64,000 nt of DNA. It comes from Chrysomallon squamiferum. Lineage: Eukaryota > Animalia > Mollusca. Position numbers and translations under genes: made by a program. Numbering within the stretch: position 1 is the first letter of the stretch; each line of letters opens with the position of its first letter. The notes beneath the pieces were generated by a model, which searched no databases, was not told the origin of the DNA, and saw nothing but the letters and a program-made list of their open reading frames with translations. Shown here in pieces: positions 53,864-64,000 of this stretch. The DNA lies in contig CM022678.1 of assembly GCA_012295275.1 (NCBI GenBank), forward strand, positions 7,068,001-7,132,000, written 5' to 3'.

Positions 53864-55371
53864 CATGTTACTGTTATTAATATTATTACTATTTTTATGC
53901 TTGTTATTGTTATTATTATTACCAACTATTTTCTTCTGCTACTAATATACATTCTTCTTATCTCTTTTGACTAACTACTAATAGTGTTATTTTTTCAAAT
54001 AATTTTGTTATTTAATTATTATTATTATTTTTATTTTTTTATCAGGTATGAAACTTGATCTGAACAGTGTTAGTTCACATGACATCTCGTCTAATTTTGC
54101 TGCTGCCATGCCGAAGCTAATTCGACGTCGTGGTGGGGTCACTGCACCAGTTGCTGGTACCCTAAGAAGATACTCTGATTCAGGTAAGAAACAATTGCCA
54201 TGGTAACATGTTTCTTAGATAAAATCTCAGTAAATACTACAAAATGTATTTTGTTAAGAATATACTGATGCTTAATATTTACATATTGTGATAGTAATGT
54301 TTTTTAGATTAAAATCTCAGTACATAAATAATATAGTATATTTTCTTAGGAAGGATTTCATGTTTTGTATCTAAATTTTTATTTTTGTTTTTATTTTTTT
54401 GCTGATGGTTGCTGAGTGCCATATTGTTTGGCTACTCTATATAGTATATAATTTCACTGTAAAAAGTGTCAGTATTATGCAATTTAGTTTTGTTTTTGGC
54501 TAGTAAAAGAGTTCTGTGTAAGTTACTAAAAGTTGAGAGAGTGTATGTTAAATGAATTTTTTTTTTTATGTTTTTTTGTTTTTTTTTAAACAAATTTTTT
54601 GCAAGAAGTTGTTCTTTTTCAAATTAACTCTTTTTATTTTCAGCTAAAATTTAAATTATGATCTCTATCATTTTTTTTATTGTTTTTTTATGTTTTCTTT
54701 CTCATTTCACAGGCATTGATCTCTATCATTTTTTTTTTAACATTACAGACATCCAGTCTATCAAGTCCCACAACTCTCAGCTGGGTTTTGCAATAGGTCA
54801 AGTGGGCATGTCTGACAGCGAAAGCCAGCGCGAACCAGTCACCATCAAGAAGAGGAAGAAGAAGCGAAAGAAACGAAGAAGAAACAAGATCCAGCCAATC
54901 ATTGCACCGGTTTTAAATGCTTTACGAGCTCCACGCATGATCCGACGTGGAAGCGAGGGATCCATAATCAGTCGCACCTCCGCCCACAGCATCAGAGTGT
55001 CAGTTGAACGTCAGAGCCTGGAGGCAGTGTCAGTTTCCTCGCTGCACAACCATTCCGGTATTGAAACCATCGACCTCGGCCAGGAGCCGGTCACCAAGAC
55101 AACGGATAAGCCGAAACCGGATTTTTCGCTGTTCACTGCCAGCGCATTCCTGCCCGAAAACACGAAGGACAAGTCGAACAGCAAGACTTACCACGTGTCT
55201 TCAAGACGTAGTCGGAGATCCGAAATAACAATCGAAACAGAGACAGCAAGATTTTTCCCAGCTCGAATGCTTCACGGAATGGGATCAAGACGTGGCAGAC
55301 GACGGTCAAATCAAAATATGGATTCGACCATAGTTCAGATAGATCCAGAAAAAGGTTCTCAATCAGAATAA
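42756..55371 (+). CDS. smo: Smoothened (Hedgehog pathway class F GPCR), 11 coding exons, ~820 aa; apparent 1-nt frameshift near 42885-42892
   Basis: Exons 42756-43201, 48612-48824, 49147-49325, 50077-50296, 50853-50976, 51729-51821, 52151-52259, 52657-52845, 53304-53440, 54046-54183, 54749-55371. Diagnostic motifs: [107 protein letters not shown]. Confidence 0.95.
44990..45220 (-). mobile_element. Degraded tRNA-derived SINE-like element in smo intron 1
   Basis: Minus strand reads CAGTATTAAAGCATTCGCCTGAGGC...CGAATCCCCCTCGGCGCGTGCCCACTGGGTTATTTCCTGCCCCAGCCA. This is a tRNA-like head resembling gastropod SINEs (from recollection, not a database search). Confidence 0.45.
51290..51480. repeat. 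~16-bp minisatellite (GGATCTACTTAAGTA-like) in smo intron 5
   Basis: Repeated GGATCTACTTAA/GAATCTACTTAA words. Confidence 0.7.
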
Positions 55372-56514
55372 AAAAATATATATATATATACATATTTTAT
55401 AAGTGATTGTCGTAAATGAAGAAAGTATATCAATAATTAACATGTAACAACATTGTGAAAGATGGATTTAAATGTTTTGGTTTAGACGTGGAAACAAAAA
55501 TGTGATAAATATCTTAAGTTGTAGGTTTGTTAGATGTGTTATAAATCTTGAAAAACAGAAAAGAGCTAAGTATATGGATTTAGAATGGTAAACAAAAAAG
55601 TGATGATTTGAATGTCACATTACAAATGAATCAAATATATTTTAAATCGTGAAAGAAGGAAACATTTGTTTTAGACTGGAAAAAGTGTGATACTTTCAGT
55701 TTCACATATAGTATTACAGACTTTGAAAGCTAGTGTTTTTTTATTTAGACTGCTAAAATAGAAATACTGCATACCTTGTCCATTTTCTTCTTTGAGTAGT
55801 TCTTTCAAAATGCATACACAGTTAATAAATTTCAGCTAATAACTGGAATCATAAAAATATTGCCAACAGAATTTCAGCTAAAGATAGAGTAATGCTTTTG
55901 AAAAAGAATAAGAATATTCTCCCTTGATTTTATCATTATTATAATACATAGTTATTAGTCTTTGGCTGCATATTATTTTATTGTACAAATTTAATATTAA
56001 ACAAATTCATAAATGGTCAGACATATGATCGTGTATTTCAAAATATACAGATAATCCCAAAATGTAAAAAAAAATAAAAAATGTGATAGAAAAACATAAT
56101 AAATAAATAATTAAATATGTAAATAAATAAACAAACAAACAAACAAATATATATATAACATTTAACAATAGCTTGGCACAACAATACATTAGGTATCAGA
56201 ATAGGATAAATAAATGAATTAGTGCCATGTTAAATATCATATTTTCATTCAGTATGTGAACATATTTGATATATTTTTTATACCAAATGATTTTTTTTTT
56301 TTTTTTTTTGATTTCATGATTATATATTTATATTCACATTAAAATAAAAAACTGGGGATAAAGAACAATCAAAAAAATGAACATCTGATTTTTTTCTGTC
56401 AATACAAAATTTTTACCAGGGATAAAGAACTAGACAGAGAACATTAAATTTTTCCTGTGCTTGGAAATATAATATGTGGATTCATTAAATATACTTTTCC
56501 AGGTGGAAATATAA

Positions 56515-57175
56515 TATGTGAGGTGGATTTGTTAAATGGACTTTTCCAGTGCTTGTAAATATTGAAAATACAACATATGATGGATGTTCCAATGCAAGTA
56601 AATATTGGAAAGACTTGCATAATATAGATTATATTTTTTTAAATTCTAACTTCAGTTAATACTATTTTGTGAGATGGATTACACTAAATTCACAAATATC
56701 AAGTAAAACTGGAAATTCTATTATTGTTAATAGATCTCACAAAATTCATCTGTGCTATTGAACAAAAACATTTGTGAGATGGATTTCTTGCCATGCCAGT
56801 CAGTACAGATTATTTGATGTATATCAAATATTCCAATATTGATTTGTGTGCTGGATTACATTAAATGTAATAATAATTTGGTGAGATGGATTGATTTAAA
56901 AGTGCCAGTTACTTGTGGATATACTCTCCAATATCAGTGTGTGAGATAGATATCATTAAATCATTTTTCTCATTTGTGAGATGGATTACCTTATTTTCAC
57001 TAATGCCAGCATTGTGAGACAGATTTTCATTATAAACATCATTAATTTGTGAGATGGATTTTCATTATACATGTCATAAGTTTGTGAGATGGATAACATT
57101 AAATGCACCATTGTCATTTTTTGTTAGGTGGATTATATTAAATCATCAGTGTCACTTTGTGAGATAGATTTTGTT
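56515..57175 (+). repeat. Array of TTGTGAGATGGAT motifs with variable spacers downstream of the smo stop
   Basis: About 12 copies, e.g. near 56668, 56772, 56880, 56939, 56975, 57012, 57047, 57082, 57158. Spacing is about 35-37 bp in the right half. Confidence 0.75.
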
Positions 57176-57292
57176 ATTATACAACGTAATTGTATTAAAT
57201 TGTTAAGTATATTTTAGAAAGATTTTACTGCCAGATAAAACAAGCAGCTTTCTGAAGACATATTTTTATTGCCAATATTTGAAGTGAAATAA

Positions 57293-57323
<31 letters not shown>

Positions 57324-57556
57324 AGGTTTATGTTTTAATAATAATAAAATATACATTTTGGCATATGTATGTTTTAGAATAACCTTTTCTTCTAAAATCC
57401 AGTAAGAATAAATAAATTTACTAAATAATAATTACAACAAAAATAATAATAGAACATTTTTCTCTACATTATTAGCACATATATATATATACTAATATAT
57501 ATATATTAAATTCTTTCTCAATTCTCAATTTTTTCTATTTTTCTTTTTTTATTTCA

Positions 57557-57599
<43 letters not shown>

Positions 57600-58069
57600 T
57601 ATTTTTTTTTTATTTGCATATGTACATAATATATAACCAAGCTGTTTCACATTATCATATTGTCATATAACCATATTGATGTCACCTGACTGTGTGAAAT
57701 AGGCCAAAACCTCACTGATCTCTTTTTTGTCTGTCTCTAGTATGAAACTGATGTTACATTTTAAAAACTTTATCATGTACTATTTTCACATTTTATAATT
57801 TTATTATTATTATTATTATTATTATCTGATCTTTTAATATATATATACATATATATTATCAACATAAAATTAACCTAGATTGTTTCAAAATTAGTCTAAT
57901 AATTCTATCCAGAAATTACGTAGTTATTGTTCCAGTTGCTGTGGTGTACAAAATATTCATAATAATTTTAACATAGTTTATATACTGAACGTATCCTTCT
58001 TTATAAAATCACTTCTGTCAAAGACAAAACTAAATGAAGTTTAAATTTACATTTTATTATTTAACTGAT

Positions 58070-58315
58070 ATAGATAACTGCCATTTGTATAGTATATAAA
58101 TGTATATATATATATTATTATTATTATTATTCTTACTTTTGTTTTTTAAATAGTCTTAGAATTTCTTTTTTAATTTTTAAATTTTTAAATTTTTTGATAT
58201 AAATAACTGCCATTTGTATAGTATATAAATATATATATATAAATTATTAATTATTATTATTATTATTATTACTTTTGTTTATTAAATAGTCTTAGAATTT
58301 CTTTTTTAATTTTTA
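58070..58315. repeat. ~130-bp tandem duplication
   Basis: ATAACTGCCATTTGTATAGTATATAAAT...AAATAGTCTTAGAATTTC at about 58074 and 58203. Confidence 0.8.
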
Positions 58316-61300
58316 AAAACAATAATTATACTTTCTCTCTTATATATTTTTATTATTTCTATTTTTTCTTTTTTAAACTGGAACCTAACTAAAATTATTG
58401 TGTACAAAACAGTCTAATTTACTTTCCTTTTTTTTTTTGTTAAATGTTTCCTTTTTGTTGTTTTTTTAATCATAATTTTAGAAAATATTCATATAGTGTG
58501 CATAATAATTCTGTGTAAACCAAAATACAAAATGTTCAACCTGGTGCCTTCATAAAAATATGCATAATAAAAAATATTCATTTTCATTTGAGATATCATC
58601 TATGTGTACAATATTTTATGTTTCATTTTACTCTTTTTGAAAACTCTGCCAAAACACAGGTTTTTAATTATTAAATTTCAGTTTATTAATGCACCTATTT
58701 TATTTTGTATTTATTTCAGATTGTTATTATAAATCTTTAATTTTTGTAACTGCATGGTTTTATATATATATACATCTTTCTCTAAAAATAATTTTTATCA
58801 TTCTTATGAATATAAATTACCACCAAAAAAAAAAAAAAAAAAAAAATCCCTATACAAATCAAAAAATAATTATCACTGTTTTAAATTTTGTATTTTAAAT
58901 ACATGAATATTAACCTAAAATCTTTATATAATTTTTATTTTTATTTTATAGTTAATCTAATTTGTCTAATTATTTTTATTTTTATTATTTTTTATTTTTT
59001 ATGTTTTAATATTTTTTTCTAAATTTTAATTTTAACCTTTTTTTTCATGTATGTAATGACTGATGTTTCAGTTTAAATACTTTACTGAATGTATTCTAAT
59101 TGTTTTGTATTTCTTTTCTAAATTTATTTTTTAATTTTTTTTCCCAAGACATCAAGAACTTGCTTAACCAAATACATATTTCTATTTCATTGTATTTTCC
59201 TTTGTTTTATTTGTTTATCTTTTTTTTTTACTAAGAATTTCTTTCTATATTTATATATGACCTCTTAACTTCATTGGTTAATAAAATTAATTTTATTGTG
59301 TTGATGAAGATGATGTTAATGATTATGGCTATAATTATAATCATAGCTGTTATATTTTTAGTGATAATTATTACATGATCATAAGCATGATCATATAAAT
59401 ATTATTAACTATTATTATTATTATTATATGAAATCCATAAACCTCAAATCATTGTTACATAAACATTTTTATTTAATATGTAAATACAATTCATGCAACA
59501 AAATGTCTACAAACAATTAAAACCAAACCAAAAATACTAATTCAGATTTCTACTGTTTGATAATATATGAATGTATGTGTGTGTGTGTGTGTGTGCATGT
59601 GTGTTTATATATATACACATACACACACACACATACACACGTAGAGGTGGAAAAATATAATATATATAACTAAGTATGTCAAAAATTAAAAACATAACTG
59701 AACTGAAGGGAAAACAAAGTTATAATAATAATAATAATAATAATACATGCAAAACAGAAAATAAACAGCCTCTTTTATTGTTTTTTGTTTCATGAAAAGC
59801 ATAATGAACCATGGAAACACCATTAATAAGAGTAAAATTTTATTCTTTGCTTAGATTTTTTTCCACCATTAATAAAAGTGCTGCATTTTTTTAGCTTTAT
59901 GGTGATAAATTCACTATTTTATATTTTTATATATATGTATATGTGGTTTTTATGTAAATACATTTTTATTTTTAAGAAAAAAAGAAACTCATTTATATTT
60001 GAATTTTAGATCAGAATCTAGATATTTTGAATTTGCATTTGTTCATGCAGCTTAGCATTTTAATGTTTTATATTTTTCTCTTTTGAAATTCATTGTTTTA
60101 ATGCATAACTAAAATGAAATATAAATTTCTTATCAAAGCCTTCTTTTGTTGTTGTTTTATTGTTTTATTACTGCAGACAGCTCATATATAGTAATTCTTG
60201 TATATTCAGAACTACTTAAAAAAAAAAAAATAATAATAAAACACTGATTAAAGAAAGGTATTAATAAAATAGAGATAAGTTATTTAGAGTAAAACTTTAA
60301 ATCATTAATGATATGAATAATAAATATTGGTGCTGTTATAAAACAATTTGAAAATGTTATAAATAGTACTATTTTTGTTTGGTAGATATTTTGAAATACT
60401 AAATATTAGTGCACACACACTCACACTCGGACATATATGAAAACAAGCATGCATATGAATGTATGTGCTCATATAAAAATAAATATAATTACAAATGAAA
60501 ATATTTTTCTAAACTGAAAACATTTTCTTTTTTTTTTATTAGTATTGCCATTATTATTACTTTAACTACTATTAATATTACTACTACTACTACTACTACT
60601 ACAATCAATGTTATTATTTTTTTTTTTTTTTTTTTTTTTTATTTTTATTAAATAACATTTAAAGTTTAGACCACTGTCATGTATTCAAATCAGTTTAATG
60701 AAAAATAGTGTTACTTTAATTTTTAATAAATTTTAACTTTATGAAATTTACAAATGTCTCATTATTTGTAATGGCAGCTAAATTTTGTTGCAGTTTCAAT
60801 ATTATTATTATTTTTTTTTATTAGAATTACTTAATTTGACAATTTACAAATTACTTATATTATTAAAAATCGCTCATTTTTGTTAATGGCAGTTTATGGA
60901 GTACAGTTTACAAGTTATTTTAATAATTAATAATAATTTAATATTCATAGCAATTTTTTTTTTTTTTTAATTAGTATAATTATTATTTTACAACCTATCT
61001 TTGTTTCTAAAGATGGTCAGCCATTTATGAAATATTTTAATTATTAAACTGGCTTTAATATTAGGTATGAAAGTGCACAACAATATAGTTATTAATGGTA
61101 AATATAGTAGATTGCTATATATTACAGTATACAAGTTATTTTATTTATTAATAATAATTAATAATTATATAATGACAGTCTACAAATTACTTTAATTAAT
61201 AATACTTAATTATTTAATTTAATACTTTGCTAGGAATTTTTTTTTTTTTTTTCTATCCAATATCATAACGTTTGCAGTTTACAAGATTTTATTATTTATA

Positions 61301-61939
61301 GTAATTAAATATTAGATTCTGTAGTTCATTTTTTATTTTGGTCATAAATATCAGTTAATTATTTTGTTTGGCAGTTTTCAAAGATTATTTTATTACTAAC
61401 ACCTGTCAAGTATTACAGTTTAGAAGTTTTAATTATTAAAAATTGTCTTATAATACATATGGTTGGTTTCAAATAGATTTTTATTAATGGTTGTTTTGTT
61501 ATAAATATGGTAGTTTTCTTAATCATTAATGGTTGCTTTGAAAGTAGTTAATTGTAAAAGGTTATTTTGTATTACATAAGCTTGTTTCCAAGTAGTCAGT
61601 TTGTAATGGGTTGTTTTTTTAATTTGTATGGTTGTTTAGTTGATTATTAATAGTTGTTTTTTGTAATTTTTATGGTTGCAGAACTACTTTTAATGATTGT
61701 TTTACAAGTAGTCATATACTAATGTTTATTTTGTAACATTTTTTTTGGTTGTTTACAGCAGTTATTAATGGTGGTTTTTGTTTTTGTGTTTTTTGTAATA
61801 TACATAGTAGTTTATGAGCAGTTATTGGTTGTTTTGGCAGTCAGTATATAGTTAATTATTAACGGTTGTTTTGTAATATGTATAGTTGATTAGTTAATTA
61901 TTAACAGTTGTTTTGTTGTTTTGTAATATCTATGGCTGA

Positions 61940-63784
61940 TCAGTTAACTATTAACACATATGGAAGTTTGCGACTGTTTATCCAGTGTATTAACTGTTTG
62001 GGTTCACCTAGCAAAATCTTTTCCATAACAAACTGAAACAAATAAAATACAACATCAGAATGAAAATAGGTGTTTTATGAGCATTAAACTTTTGTTAACA
62101 TATCCTCACAAACAAACACATGAACCATGTACACATACACATACACACATATACTAATAAACATACACACGTATAATTCCACAAAGCAACTCCCACACAC
62201 ATGAAGCTTTATTTTAAAAACTTCTAATATTTTCATTATCAGTTTCCTTTTAATTCTACATTTATTATTCCATTTCCTTTCTCAAAACTAATTATTTCTT
62301 ATTGTTTTCTTTTATTTCCTCAACACAGACACCTATGTGATATTCACATGAATCCACACATGCATGCATCATTATATATAAATACAACAAACAGCCTATT
62401 TCATGATCTGCAGTTACAAATGTGTTTAAAATCTTACTGTGTGTTTACAGATATATCGAACTGTTCATCTGAATCAACTTACTTTTAATGCCTGCTGCAT
62501 AGGAATTTGCAGTAACTCATAAGCAGGAAGGGACATCACCAAAATACATAGTTTAGCCTGTGTACGATAATAATATACACCTAATGTTGCACACTGCATA
62601 AACACACAGACACACAGACATATCAACATAAATCATATATACATACAAACATGCAAATACACATACTCAGATATATACACACAAACACAAAACAAACACA
62701 TACACAAATACATATATTCAGACACATACACACCAACATAAAACACATTAATAAACACACAAACTGTAACACACAAGCATAAAACACACAAATACACATA
62801 CTCAGACTTACAGAGAAACAAACACACACAATATATACTCAATAGAGAGACAGACAGACTGACTCCTACAAACATTACTCTTTTCAATAAAACCTTGTGT
62901 CTGGCTGTGTTTATGTGTGATTATGCATGTGTAGGTATAGGTGTGTATATATGTCTGTATGTGAGTGAGTGAGTGTGTATGTATGTGTGTGTCTGTCCTT
63001 CGCTAGTTTCTATATTAATGATATATTCTGAATGCAAATGTATATAACATATATACAATGTGAATGTTTTTCAAGCACTTCCATGCATAAGTGAACAAGA
63101 GTTCTTTTACCTTCACATAGGTTACAGTCTTTGGAGACATGGCTGAGTAACATCCCACTTTAGAAAGAAGTCTGTTAATATCAGGATCACTGCTTCCAGT
63201 GATGGATATTGTTCTCTCCTTCAGTTCTTCAAACCTGACAGAGTAACAAAAAGAATCTAAATAATCTGTGATAGAGATTTTAAATATCTTAACTTTCAAG
63301 CAACTGAGTTCATATTTCCTTGATTATATTTTCATTGTATGAAATTATGTTTTGCTCAGTATAATATATATAGTGTGTGTGTGTGTGTGTATGTTAAGGA
63401 TGTAAATATTTATATTTCTCAACAAAAAAAGTATATATATAAATATATATTTACACATATGTACACAGATACATAGAAATAGATATATAGATATACAGAC
63501 AGATAGATAGTCTCCCTCAGAGATAAAGAGATGAAAATAGATAAAAGATACTTAGATACATAAAAAGACAGATAAATATAGATAGATAAATAGATAAATA
63601 GAGAGACAGACAGACAGACAGAGAGACAGACAGATACCATTTAGATGGTGGAATTTCCACGTCGGGACAACTGGTTATAAAATTGGCTCTTTTCTCCATT
63701 TTGCGTTGTCTATGTTCCAGAAGCTCTCCAGAAGTGAGCTGATCAAAGCAGTCCAGTTTGACCTTGAACTTCATAAACCTTTCT
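61940..63784 (-). CDS. Last four coding exons of an unidentified protein-coding gene, convergent with smo
   Basis: Exons 63784-63638, 63234-63111, 62557-62483, 62032-61940 (TGA), with GT-AG sites and consistent phases. Product ...ERFMKFKVKLDCFDQLTSGELLEHRQRKMEKRANFITSCPDVEIPPSKWFEELKERTISITGSSDPDINRLLSKVGCYSAMSPKTVTYVKAKLCILVMSLPAYELLQIPMQQALKFVMEKILLGEPKQLIHWINSRKLPYVLIVN. Confidence 0.8.
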
Positions 63785-64000
63785 CTGAAATGATTTTAAA
63801 AAAAAAAAAAAAAAAAAAGAATCACAAATTCACTGTAATAGGTCAGTTGTAAGATGACAGGCATAATGTCTAACAAATAACAGCAATGTCAGTAGACTTT
63901 TTTGCCATTACGACCAAAGCCAAATTACTTTTTCATAAATGGTTAACCCTGCACCCAGTAGGTGATGTGTCGTTCTGGATTTGGGGTTCAATGTACTGTT

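Noticed and set aside
63929-64000. Candidate further exon of the minus-strand gene (NSTLNPKSRTTHHLLGAGLTIYEK)
   Set aside because: Its donor is phase 0, whereas the next exon needs phase 2; not supportable.

Overview
AT-rich, microsatellite-dense eukaryotic (invertebrate, plausibly molluscan) DNA with intron-containing genes. Most entries in the supplied ORF track are translations of simple repeats; the gene models below were built by hand from splice signals and paralog comparison. 1-40 kb is a tandem cluster of SLC18B1-like (vesicular polyamine transporter-type MFS) genes. It holds the 3' half of copy A (+), an inverted, multiply deleted pseudogene of A (-), an orphan exon 2-4 fragment (+), and two complete 13-exon, 466-aa copies B and C (+) from a ~10-11 kb tandem duplication. 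The paralogs differ at charged transmembrane positions, and B/C show patchwork identity. Between A and B is a scrambled region with a ~280-bp-arm near-perfect hairpin and Tc1/mariner relics. 42.7-55.4 kb is smoothened (11 coding exons), with an apparent 1-nt frameshift in the first coding exon. The last 4 exons of an unidentified convergent gene lie at 61.9-63.8 kb (-). No CRISPR, rRNA or tRNA genes were seen.
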